NCBI GenBank assembly: GCA_002633005.1
Contig: NMRA01000572.1
Span: forward strand, 112,809 to 176,808
Reading direction: 5' to 3'
DNA: 64,000 bases
Source of the DNA: Phoronis australis
Taxonomy: Eukaryota > Animalia > Phoronida
The position numbers were made by a program, and so were the translations under genes. Position 1 is the stretch's first letter, and each line of letters opens with the position of its first letter. Below, in pieces: positions 53,974-64,000 of this stretch. The notes under the pieces are model-generated. The model did no database searches and was not told the DNA's origin. It worked only from the letters and a program-made list of their open reading frames with translations.

Positions 53974-55535
53974 TCCACCGTTCGAGAAATTCGAACCGCC
54001 CCCTGCGCAATGTTGGTTTCGGGCTGATGGCTAGAATGAAAAATTACGAGCCAAGGTTATACCGAGGAGCATATGCTTGCTGGTCCCGGTGAGGTTCATC
54101 TTGTCATCAATAACTACACCAAAACCAAAGCATCGTAGTTACTCTGCGCGTGCAAGCGCAGAGTACTGTTGTTCCTGGGTTTTCTTCAATCTTATTCTTA
54201 TTCTTCTTCCGACCAAATTTGAGGCTTAATAACTCCAAAATCAATGCAGGTATGTTCTTTACATTCCGCATGTGGTTTTTGGCAGTACATAAATTTTTAT
54301 TCGTTATATAATCGCCCCAAAACTTGCAATAACTTTACACTGCTTGCCCCGATTTTGATACTTTTTCGATTTTTACTGAGAAGAATGTACTACCTTTCCG
54401 ATGATAGCAAAGTACTTTTTCAAAACGAGAAAAAAAAAATAAAACCGAAAAAACTTGGTTAGACCCATATTGGTTCCTGCGTTCGACCGACCGGCCTACG
54501 TAAGGAACTAAATACCAATGCCATTTTAACATACTAAGTACGCGTAACATTTCAAAAAAATTCAACGACCACTAACTACAAACTATAAATACACTACATA
54601 TGCAAACGAATCACGAGATATTACTAATGAAACCATAGCACATTCAGTTACAAGGAAAAAATGGCGGCGTTCAGGACAAGTTCCTGAACTGATAAGCCGG
54701 AAATGTGGGTACGGAAATAACCGATGACAGCCGGTAATTATACGCTCACAGAGAAGGGTCAAATACTGTTAAAAATCGCTTTTGGCAAGAAAGGCGAAAA
54801 GAATATAAAGAAGGGTGTCGAAAATAAGATTTTATGTAGTAAGTATTTTCGGATACTGGAACCACTTGGGCAGTTTGAGAGAAGGACTCTAACCACAGTT
54901 TTAATCGAGTTAACAATTACTCCGTCATCGGGGCTCATAATGCACCGGAAGAGGTCAATTAGTGGATAGGTGATCAAAAAATTAATATGTAATTTCTCCT
55001 ACAATTTTGAAGAATTCCTTTTCATATTGGTAAACGGGTTGCTGTCAGTAACTTCCCATAATAATTCCAGTAATAGGCCCGCGCAGAGTTCGTTATTGTC
55101 ACGCGTGTAAGCGCAGAGTACTGTTGTTCCTGGGTTTTCTTCAATTTTATTCTTATTCTTCTTCTTATTCTTATTCTTCTTCCGACCAACTTTGATGCTT
55201 AAAGGCGAAGGCAACTTTTTCCATGTCATTTTGAGCTAAAATAAGGTTGGTTGGTTATCCTAGACATATTTTCCACTTAATTACAGCTTTTCGTAATTTT
55301 ACAAATTACTCGTCCGCTACTCCGGAAGTGACGTTTTAGGAGGCAAGCGTTTCCCGCCACTTGGTTTTGCGTTGACTTTACCGTGCGAATCTGTTCTATT
55401 CTACTTTTGTTTTGTGCTGTTTTTCAACAATTGTCGCCACCACTTTCCATCGGCGAGTATTCTGCTGCAAGATAGGTTAGTAGAGAACTCAACTACGTTG
55501 GATTTAGGGATTGTTTAGTGTGTTGTAAGCTGAAA

Positions 55536-55840
55536 ATGGCTGGAGTCGGTGACCCGTATCACAGTGACAGTAGTGTGAGTGACGGAGACCTTGTTCACAG
55601 CAGTGGTGACGAGGAATTTTTTCACGGACATTCAGTGGGTGGGTACATGTTTGAGCCCGAGTATAACGAGGCAGAGTACGCACAGGCACAGGCAGCTGTT
55701 GAGAGAAACGAGGCGGCTACTGAGGACAGACGTGGTGACACATCTTGGTGCAAATGCACTGTGTGCGTTGTTATGCCTACCTCAATGGAATGCTTGTGCT
55801 GTTCAGAGTTCGACGAGGCCAAGCCACTACTGGACATGGT
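55536..55840 (+). pseudogene. Truncated Kolobok accessory gene KolX (Zn-binding Cys-rich domain, P2X7-ballast-like)
   Basis: MAGVGDP...GYMFEPEYNEAE...RRGDTSWCKCTVCVVMPTSMECLCCSE shows the YxFEPE and WCxCxxC..MPT..ECxCCxE motifs. Runs into antisense transposase sequence at the deletion junction. Confidence 0.8.
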
Positions 55841-56626
55841 TAAGTGGACCTCCGGCATACCACGGACAGAGGAACAACTGTCCCACTTGCCAGAGTGTCC
55901 CGCGACACACTCCCACTGGATGGTGACCTGAGCACCCAAACTGCTTACACCGCCGGTGTCGTGTGACTCCCTCGCCACACACCTGGCACCTTCTAAATAG
56001 CTCCAATACTTTAGACAAGTCCACAACAAACTTATCAAAGTTTGGCTCACCGATCTGTTCACTGGACGACGAACTGTCCTCTTCACTTGGTGTCGAACTG
56101 AGCCTGTAATCACTCCCACTACTAAATATCGCTGCAGGGCTGCTTAGAGGCTGGAGAAAACAGCACAGGGCGAATCACTACTGGTTCCAGGAATTGCACG
56201 CTCTGGGGTACGGTCGGAGGCACGGGTGACAGTAGATGAAGTGCCTCCACTGGCTCCAGTCACTGTACTGGCCACAGCTCGCGAGGCTTCTCGCTTCAAA
56301 AACGCACTTCTCGGGGGTGGCGACGGGGCACTGCGGGGAATCAATACAGACGGAATGGCATCCTTCTTCAGACGTTGTTTCGCAGGTACCTTCATCAGTT
56401 CAGCGTACAAATCCCGTTCGTAATCGGACGGCAGAAAGTGCTTGCCACACATACGGTAATTCTCCACTGCTTAGTACGTTGCGTGGACGGGTAACGCTGC
56501 GTTCTTCACACGAATGAGCCAAGTACGGCGAAGTGTGTCATCCATCGGAAAGCGATGCAAAGGTACTCCCAAAGCGCGCGTGAGCCGATAATTAGTACAT
56601 CCTGGTACGCAGCAACAGTGTGGCAT
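55830..56626 (-). pseudogene. 5' part of Kolobok transposase: THAP domain plus second zinc finger, DDE core deleted
   Basis: MPHCCCVPGCTNYRLTRALGVPLHRFPMDDTLRRTWL...*...RMCGKHFLPSDYE...RLKKDAIPSV (C2CH THAP, in-frame TAA at 56473-56471). Then KFVVDLSKVLELFRRCQVCG and frameshifted WECVAGHSGKWDSCSSVRGMP. Confidence 0.88.
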
Positions 56627-59208
56627 GTTGACTGACTAGAAAATGAAAGCAAACGACGACGGAACTTAACACAACCGAGGTAGAACAATGACTAACTCGG
56701 CAGCTCTCACAGTCAGACTATATGAAAAGAAATTGGCGCGAAATGCTTGCCTCCTAAAACGTCACTTCCGGAGTAGCGGACGAGTAATTAATAAAATTAC
56801 AAAAAGCTGTAATTAAGTGGAAAATATGTCTAGGATAATCAACCAACCTTATTTCAACACAAAATGACATGGAAAAAGGTTGCCTTCGCCTTCAATAACT
56901 CCAAATTGGGTGCAGGTACGATCTTTAAATTCAGCATATGACTTTTGACAGTATATAAATTTTGATTGTTTATATAGTCAAATTCCATATTGCACCGGAA
57001 GAGGTCGTTTGGTGCAAAGGTCATATAATTTTCAAAATGCTACTCCTCCTTCAGGTTTAAAGCTATCTTTTTAAAATTCGGTGCACATGACAATTTAAAA
57101 AATTACTTTTCTAAGTAATCGGGTCATGCAATCAGGTGAAATAGGTCAAAGGTCTTTAGGTGCAAACTAAAATTTTGAGCTAGACTCTTCAAATTGACAG
57201 GTCTAATTGCCACAGGTAAGTCAAATCGGAATCCAAAGATTCAGGTCATTTAGTGTAAACATGGGGTCATTAGGTGCATTTTTCTTCTGAAAATTTTACC
57301 TTTTCAATCAGCAAGTATTCTGATGTGTCAACCGTTAGACAAATGTGATTCTCAGCGTTAAACACATTTTCCATGGGCTTTGCAATAATTCTCCTAAAGA
57401 TGCTTAAAATGCACCGCATAAGGTCAATTAGTGCAAAGGTCATGTAACGTTCAAAATGTTATATCTCTTACGTTTTTCAAGGAATTCTTTGCAATTTCAG
57501 CACACTGGTGTAAGTCAACATGCCATTTGAATACCCTACTTTACTTTGCAATAGGCCCAACTAATCAGAAAAATAGGTCAAAGGTCATTGAGTGCAAACT
57601 AAAATTTTGAGCTAGAGACTTCTGAATTACGTATCTGTTTACTAAGTGCGATTGAGTTTGAATTCTAAATTTTCATGGCATTTGGTGCACCCATGGGGTC
57701 ATTAGGTGCATTTTTCTTCTAAAAGTTTGACCACTTCATTCATCTTGCATTCTGAAGTGCTTAACGTAAAACATCTGTGATTATTTGCATTAACCACACT
57801 TTTAATCGAGTTAACAATTACTCCCTCATCCGGGCTCACAATGCACCGGAAGAGGTCAATTAGTGGAAAGGTCATCAAAAAATTAATATGTAATTTCTCC
57901 TACAATTTTAAAGAATTCCTTTTCATATTGGTAAACGGGTTGCTGTCAGTAACTTCCCATAATAATTCCAGTAATACGCAAGCGCAGAGTCCGTTATTGT
58001 CACGCCATGACAATAATCTTTCTAGTTCTTATTCTTCTTTTTATTCTTCTTCCGACCAAATTTGAGGCTTAATAACTCCAAATTGGGTGCAGGTACGGTC
58101 TTCAAATTCAGCATATGACTTTTGACAGTATATAAATTTTGATTGGCTATATAATCATATTCCATATCGCACCGGAAGAGGTCGTTTGGTGCAAAGGTCA
58201 TATAATTCTCAAAATGGTACTCCTCCTTCAGTTTTAAAGCTATCTTTTTAAAATTCGGTGCACAGCTATAAGTCAACATGACAATTTAAAAAATTACTTT
58301 TCTAAGTAATCGGGTCATCCAATCAGGTGAAATAGGTCAAAGGTCATTAGGTGCAAACTAAAATTTTGAGCTAGACACTTCAAATTGACAGGTCTGATTG
58401 CCACAGGTGAATCAAATCGGAATCCAAACTTTCAGGTCATTTAGTGCAAACATAGGGTCATGAGGTGCATTTTTCTTCTGAAAATTTGACCTATTCAATC
58501 AGCAAGTATTCTGATGTGTCATCCGTTAGACAAATGTGATTCTCAGCGTTAAACACATTTTCCATGGGCTTTGCGATAATTCTCATAAAGGTGCTTAAAA
58601 TGCACCGGATAAGGTCAATTAGTGCAAAGGTCATGTAACGTTCAAAATGTTATATGTCTTACGCTTTTTAAGGAATTCTTTTCAATTTCAGCATACTGGT
58701 GTAAGTCAACATGCCAATTGAATACCCTACTTTACTTTGCAATAGGCCTAACCAATCAGAAAAAATAGGTCAAAGGTCATTGAGTGCAAACTAAAATTTT
58801 GAGCTAGAGACTTCAAAATTACGTTTTCTGTTTACTAAGTGCGATTGAGTTTGAATTCTAAATTTTCAGGTCATTTGGTGTACCCATGGGGTCATTGGGT
58901 GCATTTTTATTCTGTAAGTTTGACCAACTCATTCATCTTTTATTCTGAAATGCTTAAAGTAAAACGTCTGTGATTTTTAGCATTAACCACACTTTTAATC
59001 GAGTTAACAATTGGGGCTCATAATGCACCGAAAGAGGTCATTGGTGGAAAGTTCATCAAAATATTAATATGTAATTTCTCCTACAATTTTAAAGAATTCC
59101 TTTTCATAGTGGTAAACGGATTGGAGTCAGTAACTTGCTATAATAATTCCAGTAATACGCACGCGCAGAGTCCATTATTGTCACGCCGTGAGAATAATCT
59201 TTCTAGTT

Positions 59209-60527
59209 TTTATTATGCGCCCACATATTTATATTTTGACGCATTACGCCGTCATCTCCGCCCGTCCACCCGGTGTCCGTCCCGCGTCCGGCGTCTACTG
59301 CATTATCTCCAAAACTCTTTGACGTCCGTTCATGAAATTTTGCACATATGTTCCTATCATGGATGGGACGGCAGTGAGCAAACTTTCGGACGGATCCGAC
59401 TACCGGTGTGTCCCCTAGTGGCAGTTTTAGTTTTTACGCTTACCTCTACTTTCAAAGGTCCTCAACGTATTTTCATAAAATTTGGCATATACGCATCTAT
59501 TAGTGAGATGACGCTATCCTCCCGTTTTTGGATGTATTTGAAGTAGATTGCGTCACCTAGTGGCCATTTTTGCTGTTTTCGAATCTGTTTTTGGCGTCAA
59601 CCCTGCTATCAACCAAACCACTGTAAGGGTGATTGTGGAAATTGGCATGCATGTTTTCATTATGAAGAGGATGGCTGACGATGATTTCCGACGATTTTGA
59701 CTACTCTGGCACCTCCTAGTAGCAGTTTTGTCTCTTTGCGCCCATGGCTGTATCTCCTAAACCGTTTGCAGCAGCTTTGCTTAATTTACGAAGTGTATTT
59801 ATTTGATGTTGACAACGGATGACAATTCAACTTCCGGACGGATCTGACTATCAGTGTGCCCTTGCGGCAATTTTCATTTTTCAGGCTTACCTCTGTATCT
59901 TCCGTCAAAGGTCCTCAACGGATTATCAGAAAGTTTGGAATATAGGCATTTATTGGTGAGATGATGCTATCCTCCCGCTTTCTGATGGAATCGAGGTACG
60001 TTTTTCCTGTTTTCTAGTCTTGTTTTTTGGCGTCCACCCCTCGATCAACCAAACCATTCTGAGGATGATTTTGAAAATTGGTGTATATGTTCTCAGTGTG
60101 AAGAGGACGGTTGACGATAACGAATTCGACAACTGTAGTGCCTCCTGGTGGTAGTTTTGTTTTTGTTTTTGTTTTGCGCCCATAGCTGCATTTCCTAAAC
60201 TCACTGCAGGATCTTTATTAAATTTAGTGATTGTATTTATATGAAGATAACAGCAGATGACGACGTCTTTCGGGGAATCCAATGAAGGCTGTATCCCATA
60301 GTGGCAATTTCATTTTTTATATTTTCCTTTGTTTCTCTGAAGTTCCTCGACAGATTTTTATGAAATTTGGTAAATAGCCTTTTATTGAAGAAGCGATGGT
60401 ATGTTCCTATTTTCAGATGGATTGGACGTTCCTTCGCCCTCTGGTGGCTATTTTTATGAAACAAATAAACAACCCTAGAAACACTCCGTTTGCAGTGCAT
60501 TCGTGGGCGCATTTCAACGCTCTTGTT
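59209..60527 (+). mobile_element. Complete HINE family A element abutting the end of the HINE C array
   Basis: 5' ATGCGCCCAC (59215-59224), GTCC-type microsatellite, CCTAGTGGC monomers, 3' GTGGGCGCAT (60503-60512), end TCTTGTT. Confidence 0.85.
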
Positions 60528-61039
60528 TCTCTCCGTACTGTTTCGTTTTGAATAGATTCGCTTGACATTTGGAACATGAATAATATTGCATTATCCATAA
60601 TACATTGATTCAGCCAGAACGACTTCGTTCGTACTTATTTAAAGTAGCATTAAACCCGAGCTCCTCTGTAAAAACAAGTTTTGACTTGGACATTTTATAG
60701 TTACAAATTTGGTCTCGAATTGTTCCTTGGTCAATTAGATGTGATTTCTGAAGTGGCCGCTTAGAGGGTGCACACAGGTCGTTTTTTTTCAAACCAAAAT
60801 TTCAACCACTGAGGTCACGTCGTCGTACTGAGTTCGCGCTGTGATGAACTGATGAAGTGTCAGTTTTTCTCGAGCCCACGTGATACTTCTAAACTGAGTA
60901 ACGAATCAGAGACTAATTTTATAAAGGTAAGTGACCAATATCTAGGCCTACTTCGTTTTTACAGAAAGTGTTTTCACCCCGGTCAACCAGCGATCGAGAG
61001 CGCCCGGAAGGCGATCGAGAACGAGACCGTGCACCAAAA

Positions 61040-61944
61040 ATGGCAGACGACAGTGAAGTACCCGGTGAGTTTAAGTGTCATTTTCTTCTTAAATGGAGGC
61101 TACTTTGGTACCAATGCGACACATCAAAACATCAGAGCTTAGCCTTTGTTGTGGATCATAAATGATATTTGGCATTTGCTATTTTTTGAAATAGAGACCG
61201 CAGAATGCAATGGCTTTCGGTAAAATGACTTGCGTCTCGTAAATTCGTCAATTTCTACTTGTTATTAGCAATTCCTGGGTTCTTCAGTGGACACGTGTGA
61301 CGTTTATAGTTAAATCGTCCCTGGTGACACCTTTGTTAGTTATAATTTGTGAAACAATTCGAGCTACTTACCGATACAAGCAGGTCCTTGTGTGACACGG
61401 CGATCGGGAACGCAAAAAATGCACGTTTTTTTCTGTGCATTTTCCTGAATAATTGTTCAAGTTACAGTGTTATATCAATAATTTTAGAATAATACGACCA
61501 TGAATTAGTTGACAGGTCAATTGTTTGTTATACTTTCAGCGTTTTTTATGATTTCTGTGTGAGATTTAGCCTCACAAATATGATTAAATGCGTTTGATTT
61601 TTCAGTTGAACTGTAGCCGCATGAGGAGTCCTTCAGAGTGTTAACATACACGCCTTCAAAAAAGAGTACCGGTAGCACAACTGCTGCATGTGTGTATGCA
61701 TATATGTTGTGGAGCTTCGTTCAGGAAGAAACCTTTTTTGTATAACAACATGACAATAAAACACAGTGTCACTCACTAGCTGGAAGCAAGACCTTTACCA
61801 GCCCCGTGTTGCATGGGGCAAGATTTTTTTTTACCGAATAAGAAAACACAATATGAAGCATAGTGCTCAGGAACCAAGTTGTTTCAGTGCCCTATCTGCG
61901 ATCAATGTTTCACAGAAAGAGTAAGCCTGAGGACACTCCTTGTT
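61040..61944 (+). pseudogene. Decayed two-exon C2H2 zinc-finger gene fragment (possibly transposon-borne)
   Basis: aaaaATGG start with MADDSEVP|gtgagt (61040-61064). Acceptor at 61604-61605, in-frame TAG and frameshifts, then finger remnants HVCMHICCGASFRKK, KTFTSPV..GARF and FQCPICDQCFTERVSLRTLL before a gtaagt donor at 61945. Confidence 0.5.
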
Positions 61945-63035
61945 GTAAGTTGTGAATGTTTCATGCAAAGAGTATGCCTCCTTCTACAGACATGAGAATC
62001 AGAATCACCATGAATAAAATTATTCAGTCCAGTAGTGAATGTTGTTAATTCACGAAACTTTATTCAGATTTACAGAGTTTATGGTTGGTAGTTGTCTGAT
62101 GTGATAGTATTTTGACGTTTTGTTTTGAACCTTTTTCCTATTTGTGTTATTTCAGCAGCATCTTTAACAGAACCAGTGCATTTTTGTTGTGTTTGGGTAC
62201 ATTTAAATAGCCACTCTATGTGTCATTGGGTGATTCTTACATACAATTGTTATGACCAATTAGTATTTTAAAAGAAAACTGTATGTCTGCCATAACTGTA
62301 GAAACTGTTTTCATATTGTTGTTGATTCCCTGTGAGAGAATTTTATACTATGAACCGGTCCGAAATAGATTGTCTATGATTCAGTGATGATTTAGTCTAA
62401 TACACTCCAAAAATAATTAGCAGGAAATGTACACTGGATGTGTTATGTTGATTTCCCTAAAGCAACGTTTTATATCTTTTCTCCGTATGACCAATTTTGA
62501 GGTATGTGTGATAAAAGATTAATAATATTATAGAATTGCTTTTGATTTCCTGTGTAATCAATACATTGTGTCTTGAAGTGATGTTAAAGACAACATTTTA
62601 ACTACGTTTTTTGAGAAAATCACAATATAGTAGGTGTATTATATCTTGGCTCACTCTTTTTCGATGTCACGTTAAACTGGAGATCATGAACTGAAGATGC
62701 ACTCAGGACCAATACTACAAAATAGAAGAGTCAAACATATGCTGTATATCCAAGCCACACAAGTGCCACAAGTCAATCTGTTCATCTCTGTATCGATAAT
62801 ATCAGTAAAACATATTACCCGTTTTATCAGCAAAACAGTTAACACTATTTCTAGCATTTTTTTATATCCCAGACGTTCATGAGCGGTAATCTTTGAATCA
62901 CTTCACGAATGGTGTTGCAGCACTTTACTCGCTCCCCACAGGCACGCTCATCATCATTCTTTAAATTCACTGGCGTATTTGTTATTTTTTCCTTTTGCTG
63001 TCACAATCTTGCAAGAAGATTCGGCACTCGCTTTC

Positions 63036-63350
63036 CAGGGCCGGATCCAGGATTTTGAGTTAGGGGGGCAGGGCACAGGAATAGTCAGAATTTTGCCACA
63101 TGCGCGCGCCCAGCCTAAAATGTAGGAATGCAGGGGCCTCGAATTTTTGGGTTTGTGGACCTTATTACTAAAAAAAGATACACGGGTTTGTTCAAGGCCT
63201 ATGAATTGCGCATTAACCCGGCCCTCGAGCCCACTTGGGTGCGCGCATATGCTAGTCGGCAATCCGCACCCCGGACTGCCAAATGGTATCTGTGAGAATT
63301 TTAGGGGGCATGGCCCCCTTGACACCCCCCCCCTCCTAAATCCGCCACTG
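63036..63350. mobile_element. hAT-like MITE with 5-bp TSD
   Basis: CAGGGCCGGATCCAGG...CCTAAATCCGCCACTG. CTTTC on both sides. Confidence 0.9.
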
Positions 63351-64000
63351 CTTTCATCTGCATCAACAATTTGTTTACTCCTGGCTTACACGCCACATGG
63401 AGATTGCTGGGTGAGTCTTAGTTTAGAACCTCTTGTTCCACTTGGTTTCGTCTAAAAGTATGTCTGTATTTCAAAACCCTGGTAGGGTGTACTTTCACCC
63501 CCTGATCAATCTGTTCGTTGAAGCTCGCCTCACAATAATAACATTCAACTTGTTTCCTGAAATGAAAATAGATTCATTTGTGAAAATATCTATAATTAAA
63601 ATAGGGCTTGATGTACATGTAGTCGCTCATTTTAATTTAATGGTAATGCTATGATATTGTTTAGTTTGGAAACGAAAGTAACGGTAATGATTCATTGCAC
63701 CACACTTATATTGTAACCCTTTTCATGTTTTATAAGTAAAAAGTTCATAACTGTTCGGCACACCGAGATGCGTTCTCGATCGCATAAACAAAACAAAAAT
63801 TTCCGATCGCTTATCTTTGCGTTCTCGATCGCATCTTTCAACAGAAAAGTATCGAAAAATCAGAGATCCTGACAAAACTACGAAAAACAAACGTTGTGTT
63901 ATATTTTCACTAGTCACTTCTTCATAACTTCATGGTCAATTTATTGATTTAGTGCCAAAAATAACCGCAATTAGCCAAAATGACATACGAATCCCCTTGA

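Larger units (their letters stand above)
55203..56891. mobile_element. Non-autonomous Kolobok element (family 2) inserted in a HINE C unit
   Basis: TTAA (55199-55202) and TCAA (56892-56895). ~155-bp TIRs AGGCGAAGGCAAC.../...GTTGCCTTCGCCT. Empty-site paralog gaggcTTAAtaactccaaattgggtgcagg at ~58063-58092. Confidence 0.93.
54139..59208 (+). mobile_element. Tandem array of ~3 HINE family C units
   Basis: 5' ACTCTGCGC with adjacent GCGCAGAGT, (TTCTTA)n microsatellite, AAAGGTCA-rich core. 3' GCGCAGAGT plus hairpin attattgtcacg..gtga.aataat and CTAGTT. Unit junctions at ~55105 and ~58025. Confidence 0.8.

Overview
Metazoan (invertebrate-type) nuclear DNA, AT-rich and repeat-dense. I cannot assign the species. 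The one clearly supported host gene is NKAIN (Na+/K+-ATPase beta-subunit-interacting protein) on the + strand, with GT-AG coding exons at 11638-11775, 27113-27193, 29732-29944, 31242-31302, 32832-32916 and 46602-47917. I did not find coding exon 1. The most striking observation is at the 3' end: the 85-nt exon 32832-32916 looks like a frame switch. If included, the protein has a short vertebrate-type tail and stops 19 nt into the last exon. If skipped, the last exon reads as a ~438-aa Pro-rich tail with PPxY, NPxY and a C-terminal PDZ-type motif. A third phase-compatible terminal exon lies at 31430-31563. Isoforms are inferred from splice phases only, without transcript data. The rest is mostly nested DNA transposon debris: TTAA-flanked Kolobok derivatives with THAP-transposase and KolX (P2X7-ballast-like) remnants, three families of Helentron/DINE-like (HINE) elements in tandem arrays (one carrying a higher-order ~150/450-bp satellite), six hAT-like elements with 5-bp target duplications, a P-like element with an 8-bp TSD, pogo/Tc2-like and TA-flanked MITEs, a probable solo LTR with an antisense heat-shock-type promoter, minisatellites, a 233-bp palindrome and a decayed C2H2 zinc-finger gene. 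Most ORFs in the supplied track are spurious.
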